A stretch of 64,000 nt of DNA from Hydrolagus affinis (Eukaryota): positions 1-64,000 of the forward strand of contig JAAILG010001007.1 in assembly GCA_012026655.1 (NCBI GenBank), in the 5' to 3' direction. Under the pieces are notes generated by a model. It saw only the letters and a program-made list of their open reading frames with translations. It searched no databases and had not been told where the DNA came from. A program made the position numbers and the translations under genes. Each line of letters opens with the position of its first letter. The first letter of the stretch is position 1. Of the stretch, positions 23,501 through 36,605 are shown piece after piece.

Positions 23501-26349
23501 GTTTGGATCAATATTTAGTATTGAATTTACATGAATAGGCTCTATGCGTTATGATTGAAAGTCTAACAGTTAGAATGAGTTTTGAACATTTGGTTCTATA
23601 CTTTCGGGTATACATCTACCCAAAAGTGATTGTACAATAAAGTCTTCAATGGTTTCTATGGCACTGCTATCATAATAATGATCTTTGCTATGGTGTTTAA
23701 AAAATCAGCATTGTTGAAACTGTTTAAACCACAAGTACATTTCTATATGGTCTAAATAAGCTAAAAAGTTTGCTTTGAAAATAAGCAGAAAGCATCGATT
23801 CCAGTGACGCAATGCTTTTCACTGTTTTAAAACAATCAATCTGCTTGTCCCCTGAATAGACTCCTTCGGAGTAGAATACATGATCCATTTCTATGCAAAT
23901 GAATGAAAAAAAATTGGGGTAGGGGGGGGGAGAGAGGAAACTTTATGCCTCTTGTGAAATATTTAACTGTTTTAATCCAATCTCACACAACATTGCCTGT
24001 ACTTCAATCCAGAAGAAATCACCATTAGAACATTATAGTATCCTAACAATTAGCTTTTAGCATTAAAGGGGCAATAAACACAAAAGTTCAACAGTTACAT
24101 AGTATTAATCCACTATTATGTAAATAAAAAGACAAATAGTTGAGACACCAAAGCTGCCATAGTGAGGTGTGCAGATGGATGTTAACAATGTAGACATCAT
24201 AATACATGGGAGATTCTTGAAAACCACCATACATTTATTCTTGGATTTTGTATGTGTGTGTGTGTGTGTTTCTGGGGGTTGGTTGAAATGAATCATAAAT
24301 GACTTAAGATACAAAATATTTTGGGATTTGAATTTGTTTTTAAATATATAATTTGACTTAAGAGATGAGATTAAGATACTTCTTAAAAGGGCGAAATATG
24401 AAGGCCAACCAGTGCACACTCCAATTAGGTGAAACAATTGGGGTCGTTCACTCCAGCACAACATTGGAAAATATGCATTCTATAATTTTAGAATACAAAA
24501 TCGTGAGTGACAGGCAGCCAACTCAGAAAAAGATAAAGCAACAACAAGAATTGAATCCCTATGTGATGTATTTCCTCGTGTAGTAATGTCGAGTTTTGCA
24601 CTGATTTTTGCTGCTTTTTTTTTGCAGTGATACTAATCATAATGCCTTTCATAAGGAGCTGCAAACATTTTCATCAGCCTGGAACAAGTAAACAGTCATA
24701 AAGTGTATAGGTGCATATAAAGCATAAAAAGAGACAGAAGATGGTATGTATGGAAGTTGCAACTCAGGTAGGAATCAGGGTTCACTTTCCTTTCCCAACC
24801 CATCACAATGGAGTTACCAACCCCGGTTAAGCCAGCCATCGGGGAGAAAAAAGGATCATTCTGCCCTTGTGCACCTCCCTGTAGCTGGGCCAATAGCAGG
24901 TCGAAGCCTGAAAGCAGAAAACAAACTCACCCTCCCACGGGATACAATCTAGTCAAAGCAGAAAGAGTGATGGGAATAGCTTATTACGGGGGGAAACCAA
25001 GGCCAAGTTATTCTCCCCAAGTCCTCATCTTAAAAAAAGAGTTAATCAACTTGGAACAAATTTAGAAAGAATTAAAATGAACACTGCCCAGAAAAGAGGG
25101 ACACAACACAGGAAGCGACAAAGAATCCATTGTATTTTTTCTTTACTTCAGAGTGCACTCTAGAGAAATGTTCTGTGCATATATTGATTTTCTTTTTTTT
25201 AATATTTACCATTACGTTTTCATACAGAATCTAATTTTGGGAAAAAAAAGCAATTCAAAAAACATGTTTCTCAGAAACTAAAAAAAGTCCTTCAGTCACC
25301 AAAGGGTCAATTACCCAAGTTCCCTATGAATGGGAAACATCTGTACATCTAAATACAAGTACGCTGCATTTCAATGTTTTGTTAAATAAACTGTTGATGT
25401 GCAGTGGCCGCAGCATTTTGTTGTCTAACCAGAGTTCTCAGCTTTGTAAAAACTGACTTTGATTAGGACAAAATATGCAAAAAAGATTTGATTTTCAACA
25501 ATTTTAAAACACAACCTACATGAGTCGCCAAGTGGCGTATAGCTCCTTTAAAAAAGAAAGTATCATTGGCCTAGACAAACAGATTTAGCAGTCAGTATTG
25601 GAAAATCTTGGTCACGTCTCCAGTCACACACTGCACCCTTCATTCAGCAACCTTACATGACTGGAGGAATGAATGCCTTCATTTTCAAATCGAGAAATAC
25701 ACAACCAATAGTTCATTGGTTAACCTGGACGTATTAGGAAGGTTGCAGTGTGCTGAATACCTCAAATATATTACTTAAAAAGACTGTACATTGCCAAAGT
25801 TGTAAGTCCACAATTTCTTTAAAGGGGCTAAGGCAGACTGGATGCACTCCTATGCAAAAAACTGTGCATAGATAACCTTACAATGTCCAAGCTGTCTGTT
25901 AATACATTTCAGTACGTTTTCAACACGTGTATTATTGAATCAGCTTATCAATGCATTACTGACAGGATTGTTCAGAAATGTGCAACCAAAGGAAAGATGT
26001 TAACGCGACCAACATCGAAACGTCTCGTTAATCATGTATTCTGAATAACAGCCAATACAAACAAAATCAATGTAAGTGACACAGTACCAGATTTAACAGC
26101 AGTATGCAAGTTATTGTTTGGATAGGCAAAACGGGATTCTAAGCATGCAAGATATTGTAGAGGGCCTTTGAAGTGACTGCTTTGTACTTGAAACATGATC
26201 GCACAAAGGAGTGAAGGGGCCGGCAAGTGTGCTGAGGTACCAAAGACAGACGTGAACTCAAGGTAATAAGTTAGATTTTTAATTAACTGATATTGGTTGG
26301 TGCATTCAGAATTCATGATTAACATTTTTTTATATAACTCAGGTTTGCT

Positions 26350-26417
26350 TCAGTAGTCGTCAAGTGTCTCAATCTCTCCCATGTTTAGCCGTTCTGATGA
26401 AGCATTTACAGAGAAAC
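26350..26417 (-). CDS. GIGYF2: GIGYF2 last coding exon
   Basis: (G)FSVNASSERLNMGEIETLDDY-TGA, identical to the recalled human C-terminus; acceptor ccctctacag. Confidence 0.95.
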
Positions 26418-27293
26418 CTGTAGAGGGAAAAGAATGGAACAAGCTTAATGGTGAATACATTTTAAAATTGTCCTTTCATGGACTCAGTGATCTCTCTTGT
26501 TAGTATTCTATCTCATGCAAATGGAAATAACAATCTTTACATTTGATATAGTGCTTATAATGTCCGAAAGGAATGGGGTTCTTGTTCTGTATGTATAATT
26601 TATAAATACAGTAAATTGTTATTTATTAGGGAAACTCATTTGAACATACAACTTCATATAAATCCAGCTGTGAAAACTGATCAAGATTGCTTAATTCACT
26701 AGCATGAGCACAAATGTTAAATTTTCCTTAATACATTTTATATTATAACTAAAATGCAAAGAAATTAGTGAGGAAAGTCAACCATACATTTTAATTGTAT
26801 GTTTTTTTTAAAAAAAGGGTTGGATGATTGTCTGTGTCATCAGTAATCTTAAATGAATGTTACATCACAATTATTTAATCCCATTTCAGTATCACACTCA
26901 AATTTAAATAATGGTAGATTCTGAATTCTCGTTTTTAACTCGTAAGAAGTTAAATTCAGAAGCCTGATCCAATAGTTTAAGATTTAACTGCAGTATTTTG
27001 TTCAGATCTTCGTGGTACAATTCTGGTGATAATTCTGCTTAAACCTCACTCCTCTGCACTCAGCTGGCTCTGGCCTCCTTCACATGCCTGCTGTACTTCA
27101 ACAACTACATCCCGACAAATTAACCCCCTGCCTCAGTCACTCTACCTTGCCCCCTTGTGGTCAGTCTTCAGATCACACCTAAACAACTTTCTCTGTGATC
27201 CTACCAACAGTCCCCTCCTCTCCCCTGTCACACTCCACCACTGCTCAGCACTCTGAGACTCTACCCTGCACAAAGGCTATTTAAATGCAAGTA

Positions 27294-27794
27294 CTGTAAA
27301 GTTCCGCGTATACGGCGCACTTTTTTTCACGTCGGAAGATCTCGAAAGTTGGGGGTGCGCCCTATACGCAGATACAAGAAATTTTGAGCCTCGGAAATAA
27401 GCAGGAGGGGCCGGCCGGCGCGCTGTCAGCCAGGCTTTGGACACTGTGTCCGGCGGCGGTTGGGGGGAGCGGATGATAGGGCTTCGGCCTCGGCCACCCA
27501 GGCAGCGGCGGCGGACTTTAGTGCCGTGCCTGCTGCCTGCCTTCTGCCAAACCCAGTCTGCCTCCCTCCCTCCCTCCCTGCCTGCCTGCCTCCCTCCCTG
27601 CCTGTCTCTCCTGCCTCCCTCCCTGCCTGTCTCTCCTGTCCCTCNNNNNNNNNNNNNNNNNNNNNNNNNNNNNNNNNNNNNNNNNNNNNNNNNNNNNNNN
27701 NNNNNNNNNNNNNNNNNNNNNNNNNNNNNNNNNNNNNNNNNNNNGGGGGGGGGGGCCTTATACACGAGTGCGCCTTATATGTGGAACTTTACGG
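27294..27794. mobile_element. Tc1/mariner-pogo type MITE with TIRs and TA duplication (spans an assembly gap)
   Basis: ta|CTGTAAAGTTCCGCGTATACGGCGCAC ... GTGCGCCTTATATGTGGAACTTTACGG|ta, imperfect TIRs of about 27 bp. Confidence 0.75.
27645..27744. other. Assembly gap (100 N)
   Basis: Run of N flanked by low-complexity sequence. Confidence 1.
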
Positions 27795-27877
27795 TAATTG
27801 TTGTTGACACACCGAGAATAGCAGCTTACTTTCTGTGAAGAATTTGTAATATTTTTGCGAGAATACTGAACACTAAC

Positions 27878-28025
27878 CCAAAATGCTGGGATCAGCAGGG
27901 ATCATTTTCTGTTTTTTCTTCTTCTTCCCAGATTGCACAGTTTCAAAATTAGACTGTTGCGTTCTACTGTGATTTGATGGAAAGATGGACTGCAGACTGG
28001 TTTGACCCATGGCCCAAGCTGAATC
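27878..28025 (-). CDS. GIGYF2: GIGYF2 exon
   Basis: DSAWAMGQTSLQSIFPSNHSRTQQSNFETVQSGKKKKKQKMIPADPSIL(G); AG/GT bounded, 148 nt. Confidence 0.9.
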
Positions 28026-28750
28026 CTATTTGAAGACAAACAAATGATAGCAAGAAGCATTAAACAAGGAAACGATGAAAACACAGAATTTAGGGGATTA
28101 TTCAACCCTGATTTCATTACATTTCATTTCAGGTCAGTCAAACTTAATTTAGATTTACATTGTCACTTCTTCCATGAGCTTATGGAATTAATCACTCAAC
28201 ATCTCTTCCTCATGTGAGCCCTAGCGATTTTTGCTTTTTCCTCAACTGAAAAATAATTGGAGTGGAAAATTACAGGATTAATGTGCTGCATAATAGTGTA
28301 TTTTTAACATTTCAATTATATCCACTGCAAGTAGAAAAGTAAAAACTGATAAAAATGAAACAGAAGGGAATCATTTGCACATTTTGCTGTTAAATGTTTT
28401 AATTGAAAATACTGAATTTATCATGTTCAAGTTTATTCTATGTTAAGAAGTTAAAAGTTGCAATGTAAATTACTGAAATAACCCCCAGTGGTTATCAAAA
28501 TAATCAAATATTCAGAAATTTATAGTTACTCACATTTTTACCTTGAGATTTTTTAATAACAGGAACAACAACAGAATTAAATACTGATTTGGGTTTATAG
28601 ATCCTTATTATTAAAATGATGGTTGTTTCATTACTTAGCAGAAGATTAACTTACCAAATGCATGGTGCTATGCAACGCTAAACCCATCTCTCAATGGAAA
28701 AAGTATTCAGAAAAGAACAGTGCAAAGAGAAACACTTGGCACACACAAAC

Positions 28751-28917
28751 CTGTTGCTGCCTTTGCTGTGGAAGTTGCTGCTGCTGATTGGCACGTCGTT
28801 CTAGAAACTGCTTTGCAAATTCTTTTGTTTCAGGAGTCTCACCAAGGTATGCTCGGACATAATCATGAACCTCGTAAGGCGAGTCCACTTCTTTCAAAAA
28901 AGACACAAACGTGGGCA
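28751..28917 (-). CDS. GIGYF2: GIGYF2 exon
   Basis: (V)PTFVSFLKEVDSPYEVHDYVRAYLGETPETKEFAKQFLERRANQQQQLPQQRQQQ; AG/GT bounded. Confidence 0.95.
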
Positions 28918-29017
28918 CTGGAAAATAGAAAGAATAAAAATCTAAGTTTGAACAGATTCCTTTTGGAGATCAAGATACAATTTTGCAAATTACTTGCAGA
29001 TTTTGTAAATGACATAC

Positions 29018-29172
29018 CGTCTAAATTGTTAGCCGTGTTGAGAACATGCAACATCTGCTCACACCACAAGGTAAATCCATCTTGTGCTTTGTTAACTCCC
29101 TGGAACAGTTTCATAAGTTTCTCTTCCTCCTCAATTTTTTTATTCGGTTTGCCTTGACCACTATATGACTTT
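29018..29172 (-). CDS. GIGYF2: GIGYF2 exon
   Basis: KSYSGQGKPNKKIEEEEKLMKLFQGVNKAQDGFTLWCEQMLHVLNTANNLD; AG/GT bounded. Confidence 0.95.
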
Positions 29173-29264
29173 CTGAATGAAAAACAATTCAACTTTAACA
29201 TTAATATAAATTTCCGTACAGAATTTGAAGAAACATTTGATTAAAAAAAAGGGATTTCTCTTAC

Positions 29265-29476
29265 CCTGCGTTGGAATTGCTTTTGCTGCTTTTAGAGATT
29301 TGGTTTCGTGTTGGAGGTCCCACCTCTTTGACAGCTTCATCCCAGAATCCCATATTAGAATTCTTGTTATCGGGTGCACCCCAAACACTGCTCATGTCCG
29401 TTGCCCATTGATTGATGGGACTGGTATTCACTGATCCCCATACAGATGTAGCATTGTTAACTGGCAAACCGGATTG
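29265..29476 (-). CDS. GIGYF2: GIGYF2 exon
   Basis: QSGLPVNNATSVWGSVNTSPINQW...KNSNMGFWDEAVKEVGP...SNA(G); donor gtaaga. Confidence 0.92.
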
Positions 29477-30786
29477 CTAAAATAGAACAGACAGAACACA
29501 GAATACATCAAATCTTTAATAACTTAGTATTGACAAATAGTGTAAAAGGGGACATGGAAAACAATACAATTCTGATCTACACCCCATTAACATTTCCTTG
29601 TTAATTGTCATTTGCAGGATAGAGTTGATATCAGATTAAAATAACATAAATACGACAACTATGGTACAAACACCACTTTGGTTTACATATCAGAGCTTTG
29701 TATCATTGTTTTTGAGTAGTAATTTCTGATTGATTATTGTAATTTGCCCATCAAGTAGCGGCTGGAGGCCAGATGAGCATTGCTTTGCCAAGTCTAATAG
29801 TCACCGTCTAACAGAAAGTAGTACAACAACCACCTCCTCCCCACAAAAAAAACACTGACAACATTTCTCAGTTCAATGCACAAACAGGACTGTAACCAAT
29901 TCAATGCAATTACCAAGAAAAGAGGTAGATGCTCCAAAGACTGTAAGTCTAAAAAAAATTGACAAATTGAAGACTTTCTTGGACTAAGTAATTTGATCAC
30001 CATTCCCCTCATTTGAAACCATTCCCCTGTCAATCACCAACTTCCACTGACTTCAATCAAATCATTTCCCTGGAGAGAGACCAGGAAAGCAAGAAAGGGA
30101 ATCGATATTGATTCTTCATTAACTTTGGCCTAATGTGTTCTTCCGTTCTATTGTGCAAGAAAAGCTTTTTGTATGAAGGGTTCTAATGCCCAATGGCAGT
30201 GCAGGATATGGTGAATTCAGAGGTGAAGGCAGAATTCATCAAAAGAGTAATAATGCTTGTATTTGACAGATGATTAATATTAAAAGTCATTCACAGATTA
30301 ATTAGTCCAGTTTGATATGAAAGCATCCAACAAAGGAGAATAAATTATGGTGTTTGATATTATTAAACATTGCTAATTTAACAACTTTTTTTCAGTAGGA
30401 GCTTTATATTGTGGATATATTAAGCTACTTCATAGTGGCAGTTAAATTAATTATTATATTGTAATGCTTACAAAGAATGTTGAATGCACTGGAAAATACA
30501 CTTTGAAAGCAACAATCTGCACTAATGATTAGAGTCCTAGTCTCTAACCCCAGGGAACATCAGTCATCATTTCACTGTAATTGCTTTAAATGAGCTCAGT
30601 CGGGTTGCACCAAATCTCCCTCTGACACATGGACCAATGTGGGTTTTAAAAAAAAATCTCTTTACCCTTCACTAGATTTGAGTCAATTTACGAAGAAAAC
30701 AAGTTTTACACATTTAAAGAAGTTAATTGTGACACAGCACCTTGGGATATCCTCCCAATGTGAAAGGGACTGTACAAATCTAATGT

Positions 30787-31087
30787 TAATAATAATAATC
30801 CTTCCATTTTGATATAGCGCTTTTCACATCTTATTGACGTCTAAAAGCGCTTCACAGAATATACTGGAAAGTGAATTGACTGTATATTTGTGAGTGAAAC
30901 GCAGCAGCCAATTGCGCACAGCAGTGTCCCACAAACAGTCGTGGATTGAAATGACCAACTTTTTTTATATTGTGGGTTTTTTTGAGGGATTATTATTAGT
31001 TGTGTGGAGTAAGGAAACTTGCCCAAGGTTTAACTCTGATCTGCCTAGATTCAAACACAGGTCTCACGCTTGTAAGGTGAGTGCTCA
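30787..31087 (-). mobile_element. tRNA-derived SINE
   Basis: Family tail and body in reverse. Confidence 0.8.
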
Positions 31088-31414
31088 AGAAAAGCCACAG
31101 GAGCTCCAATGTGCTGTTCCTTCTACTGAGCCACACTATTGACAGCACCTACCTGGTTCCTTTCTGCTCCTACTCTCTTAGTTGTAGATTCCTCTCTCTT
31201 CACTGCTGTGCTGTTTTTGAAGTTGGTTTCTTCATGACTGCCAGAGAGATTCAGCTTTGCTGCTACGGACTTTTATTAGTTGATGGAAAGAGAGGTGGGG
31301 ACATTGTTAGCAGAAAGATTAGACCAACATTTAAAAAAAAGACTTTGGCTACTTTGCACAATTCTCTAATTATTTAATACAGTTGTACACAAACTTTGCT
31401 TGCACATTACTTAC

Positions 31415-31597
31415 TGTTTTTGTCTGTGTCTTGTTCTGCTGCTGCTTTTGCATTTGCCGAGCTTCCTCTTGCTGGATTTCCAAAAGCGATTTGGTAGCCG
31501 CCGGAGTTTTGGGAATATTCCCCCAGCCTGGCAGTTTCTGCTGCTGATGATGTTGCTGTTGCAAGACTTTCATCAGTTCTTGCTGCTGCCGCCGCTG
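31415..31597 (-). CDS. GIGYF2: GIGYF2 exon
   Basis: QRRQQQELMKVLQQQHHQQQKLPGWGNIPKTPAATKSLLEIQQEEARQMQKQQQNKTQTKT; TAGCAG acceptor, gtaagt donor. Confidence 0.93.
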
Positions 31598-32207
31598 CTA
31601 TTGATGGAGAACAACATATCACTGACAGATTGCCAAATTTAAGAGTCCAAATAGAAATTGTCTTTCTGAATGTTATATCAGGCAATGATGTTTTGGTACT
31701 TAGAGTTCCAATGTGAGCGTCAAGCATATCCTAGGCCAGGTACATCATATGCATATGGAATGTAAAATATATTTTATTCTGCCCAAACCAAGCCCATCAG
31801 AAGAGCACCTACTTTGCATTATGATTTTTTTTAAACAAAAACAACTACGCACCACCACCAAGATCCCTTATATATTTCCTCAGCAGAAATGTCAACTTGA
31901 TGTCAAGATGATGCGATACAGCCTATTTCCATCAGAAAATGGGCTGAGTTTGCTGACTCATAATAACAACAACAACCGTAGCATCAGCTAGTTGCCCACA
32001 AAATACAGTCAATCCATTTTACAGTAAATCCTGTGAAGCGATTCTGAGATGTCTCAACGACATGAGACATATCAAATGCAACAATTATTTTAATGATTAT
32101 CACAGAAATTGTGATCAACTGACTTCATATTGTACCTGCCATCTTTAAAACTGTTAACCTCGGATATGCCATTGGGGTGAGGTGCAAATCACAGATGAGA
32201 ATATAGC

Positions 32208-32509
32208 AATAATCCTTGCATTTGATATAGTGCTTTTCACATCTTCTAGACGTCTCAAAGCACTTCACAGAATATACTTTAAAGTGAATTGACTGTACAT
32301 ATGTGGGCGAAACATAGCAGCCAATTGTGCACAGCAGTGTCCCACAAACAGTATTGGATTGAAATGACCAATTTTTTATTTTTTTATTGTGGGATTGTTC
32401 TCAGGATTATGGAGAACGAAAACTTGCCCAAGGTTTCACCCTGCCTGGAATGGAACCCATGTCTCTCGCTTGTAAGACGAGTGCTCTAACCACTGAGTTA
32501 CAGGATTCC
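32208..32509 (-). mobile_element. tRNA-derived SINE
   Basis: Full family structure in reverse. Confidence 0.8.
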
Positions 32510-32661
32510 ACAGAGAATATAAAGGATGAAGGGAAGGTAACTCACATACATCAATGTTTAATACAATCTGGTAGATTTCAATTTAGGTGTTGCAGGAATA
32601 TATAAAATTGGCAAATTGTCCCGCTGATTATCACAAAGCTTATAGAAACATATCGTCTTAC

Positions 32662-32784
32662 CTCTTCTCGTAACTGCCGTTCCCTTTCCTCCTCCAGTTT
32701 TTGTATCTCAGCCAGTGACAGGGTACCCTGTGTCTGAGGTGAAACAGGCGATGCTTGCTGTCCCCATGTTGAAGAGGAAGGAAG
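32662..32784 (-). CDS. GIGYF2: GIGYF2 exon
   Basis: LPSSSTWGQQASPVSPQTQGTLSLAEIQKLEEERERQLREE; 123 nt, AG/GT bounded. Confidence 0.95.
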
Positions 32785-33532
32785 CTGAAGAGAAATTGGA
32801 CTCAATTAGGTTTAAAACAAGAATTTCTGAGCAGCACATTAACAGTTCGGGTTCTGGACTGGAGAATCTAATTTTCAATCAATTTTAATAGTATTCATAG
32901 ATTTTATAATTGGAGTTCTGTGAGCTGTTACTGGTGAATCATTACTCCATCAATAATATTCTCTGAAATTAATCACTTTTTAAAAAAAAACACTTTAGTT
33001 TCATAATCTGGAAGCAACTTTAAAGTCACATATGACTGGCAATATTAGAATGAGGAGTGTATTTTCAAAGGGAATATCAGAAAGAGGAAAAGGTAGGGGG
33101 GGTGGACGGGACATTTAAATAATGATCTGGATTTGGCACATCATGGAAATAATGGAGAATACTCCACAAATATGGTGATCCAAATACTTGCGTTGCAGTA
33201 GAAGTTTAGCATTGGTGCACCAAGAATATTGCCTACAAATCCCCAGTAAATATATTTTACACTGAAATCTCAGTGGTTTAAGACTTTAGACAACATGATA
33301 AAGCACTAGAGTATACTGTTTTCCAAGTTACTTACTGGGTAATTAACAATACCAGGCAAAATATTAAACAGAATTAGATGATCAGGGTTGGTGTCAGTCA
33401 CAAGAACACATGTATATCCAACAATAATAAATGGAATGCCTTAGGACGTCCTCCAGATGTGAAAGGCATCCTATAAATGTAATTTTGTTGTTGTTATTGG
33501 AATCGACCTGTGTCTAATTCATCAAGCTCATA

Positions 33533-33832
33533 TAATAATCCTTGCATTTGATAACGCGTTTTTCACGTCTTCTAGACGTCTCGAGGCCCTTTACAAAACA
33601 TACTATAAAGTGAATTGACTATATATATATATATATGGGCGAAACGTGGTAGCCAATTGCGCACAGCAAACAGTTGTGGATTGAAATGATCAATTTATTA
33701 CTGGGTTTTTTGGAGTGATTATTATTAGATGTGTAGAGTAAGGAGACTTGTCCAAGGTTTTGCCCTGTCTGGGATTGAACCCAGGTCTCTCACCGGTAAG
33801 ACGAGTGCTCAACCACTGAGCTCCAGGACTCC
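33533..33832 (-). mobile_element. tRNA-derived SINE
   Basis: Full family structure in reverse, ending gagctccaggactcc. Confidence 0.8.
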
Positions 33833-34811
33833 GATATAAGTAAATGCAAGATATTTTTGTTTTCAACTGTGAACAATATCCTCATCACAAATCAATGAAC
33901 CGAGATAATTAACCACCGGCAACAGAAATAGGCAGGGCAATGTTACAGATATAAATCATCTAGGAATATTCAGTTTCTGCATGATTTTCCAAAACTCAGA
34001 TAATATGTCAAATTATGTAAGAACAGGCCAGTATTTAATATGTTATAACAGTCACACAAGACGTGTGGAAACCATGAATTTAAATTTTTCTTCTAAAAAA
34101 TGGCTCAGCAAGAATGTAAGTTTCTGGTACCAATTATATTTTATGGGAGAATAATGTGGGCACTGGTCAGATGCTGTGAAAAAAAACATGAAGGGAGAAA
34201 ATAAAAGGAGTTGACAATTGTTTTCTGGTTAGTTATGTCAACCATCTAAAGATAATAAAACCACAAAGATAAATAAGGTACCATCCAAATGCAACACTGG
34301 TAGAAACCAATAATATCCTCTTCACCCATTTCTTTATTCTAGATCAGAAGTTTAAAGTTCAGTATTTCCTCATTTACTAGCAGACAGATCAATGAAATCA
34401 TGAACATGATAAAACAAAGGCTAATAACATTTGTGAAAAACTAGTTTCAAAAGAGAGCAGGTAATACTGTCAACAACCGTTGACCAAAATGGACAAAGAG
34501 CATTGCCATTTTATGAGTTGCTATGTAGGCAAATCAAAGTAGTTCGTCGTAACTGGAATCCTAAATGCAGATTTATTCAAATAGTAAAATAAAATTGAAG
34601 ACAGTAAAACAATGTAATTGATGTGTGGCAAACATTTAGATCAGTAAATAATTGAATGCTCCTACAAAGCAGCACACTATAAAACGAAAGGTCTATCAGC
34701 TATTAGAAAAAATTTCATTTTCAGTCATCAATTCATAATTTTTATTTGTTGTTGAAAGTTTACACCTGGGCTTGACCCCACAGCCCCAAGGAAATGCCTG
34801 GCTACTCTTAC

Positions 34812-35072
34812 CTTCATTTGTGCTAGTTGTTGTTGCTGCTGATGTTGCTGTAGCCTTCTTAGTGCCTCCTGTTGTCTCTGTCTAATAACTTCCTGCCTCT
34901 GCAGCTGCTCCTTCTGACGTTCCATCTCTTTTCGTTTCCGCTCCTCTTCCTCTAAACGAAGCCGAGTTTCCTCCAGTCGCAGTCGGTTTTCTTCGTCTAT
35001 CCGTCGTCTAGCTTCTTCCTCCTCCAGTAACCAACGTGCTGCCTCTTCTTCCTTACGTCTGCGTTCCTCCTC
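34812..35072 (-). CDS. GIGYF2: GIGYF2 exon (E/R/Q coiled coil)
   Basis: EEERRRKEEEAARWLLEEEEARRRIDEENRLRLEE...EALRRLQQHQQQQQLAQMK; 261 nt, phase 0/0. Confidence 0.93.
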
Positions 35073-35244
35073 CTTACATAAAGGTCACAAGTCGAAGTTT
35101 AAAAATAGCTTTACATAGAATCATACAATATTACAGCACAAAAGGAGGCCATTCAGCCCATTGTGCCTGTTAATTTGTGTAATATTTACACATCAAAGTA
35201 GATGTGTATGAGTAAAGCTAACGTACTTATTCTTGGTAATAGAG

Positions 35245-35492
35245 GCAAGTCAGGGCGAAACCTTGGACAAGTGTCCTTACTCCACATGTCTAATAATAAT
35301 CTCTCAAGAAAAAGTAATAATAAATTGGGTCATTTCGATCCACAACTGTTTGTGGGACATTGCTGTGTACAATTGGTGCCGCATTTCGCCCACAAATATA
35401 CAGTCAATTCACTTTACAGAATATTCTATGAGGCGCTTTGAACCGTCTAGAAGACGTGAAAAGCGCTATATTAAATGCAGCGATTATTATTA
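35245..35492 (+). mobile_element. tRNA-derived SINE (5'-truncated)
   Basis: Family body and tail in forward orientation. Confidence 0.78.
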
Positions 35493-35554
35493 TATAAGAA
35501 AAAAAATGCATCCACTGACGACCATGGTAAAAATTTGTCTCATGCTGAAAATAA

Positions 35555-35870
35555 TAACAAAATCGCATTTATAGAGCACCCCTCACATCGGAAGGACATC
35601 CCAAGGCGCTGAACGGTCAGGGGTCGGGACCTGAGCAAGGGCGAGGGGAGGTGAGGGAGAGAGGTGGGAAGGTGGCAGAAGGCATGATCGAAAAGTAGGG
35701 TCTTGAGACCGGCCTTGAAGGAGGCAAGCGAGAAAGTGAGGCAAAGACTGTGGGATGGAGTTCTAGAGTGCGGGGGCAGAAAGACTGAAAGACCGGCCGC
35801 CAATGGTAGGGTGGGTCGGGCCGGAGACATGGAGCAGACCGGAGCCCACTGAACAGAGGGGGTGGGCAGT
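35555..35870 (-). mobile_element. L2-type LINE 3' fragment
   Basis: Reverse match to 12290-12617 (SFKAGLKTLLFDHAF). Confidence 0.75.
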
Positions 35871-36446
35871 TTGGTAAGCTTAAATAAGCTATCAATGAGA
35901 AATTACAGTAAATATTTTAAAAAAGCTTAAACAAATAGTTTTCACATTTGATATATTTGACTAATTTCATCTGGTGAACTATTGGCCAGAGAGAAGTTTC
36001 CTTCTCTTTTTGAAAAGTGCCACAGGAACTTTAATGTTCACCTGAACAGGCAGACGGGACCTTGGTTTAATATCTCATCTAAAGGATGGCAACTGCAACA
36101 GTGCAGCACATTTGCAGCACTGCTTTAGAGTGTTAACCCAGACCAAGTTCAAAATCCTGATGTGGAGCTTAAACCTACAACTTTATGCTTCAGAAATGAA
36201 TGCTACCAACTGAGCTAGGCGACACTCAAATAAGAATAAACCTTGCGTTTCATAGTCTTTATAAAGCCATTGAGACGTCTCAAAGCACTTCACAGGATAA
36301 CAACAACAACTTGGATTTATATAGCACCCTCCACGCCGGGCGGCATCTCAGAGCGCTTCAATAAACTGTAAAATGGAGAACAAACGAGAATAAAAGCATC
36401 TATTCTCCTAAGGTTTTCATTTCTTCACCCGTTTCAAAGCTGATAC

Positions 36447-36605
36447 CTGTTTTCGAAGCATCTCCTCCCTTTGTCGTCTCTCTTCCTCTTCTCTCCGCCT
36501 CTCTTCATGCCTCCGGAGTGCTTCTTCCTGTTGTTGCCTCTCTTCTTCTTCTCTTTGTCGACGCAGAGCTGCTTCCTGCTCTCTCTGGCGTCGAAGTGCT
36601 TCTTC
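36447..36605 (-). CDS. GIGYF2: GIGYF2 exon
   Basis: EEALRRQREQEAALRRQREEEERQQQEEALRRHEERRREEEERRQREEMLRKQ; 159 nt. Confidence 0.95.

Noticed and set aside
27277-27838. ORFs spanning the N gap (also 40297-41010)
   Set aside because: Artefacts of translating N runs and low-complexity MITE filler.
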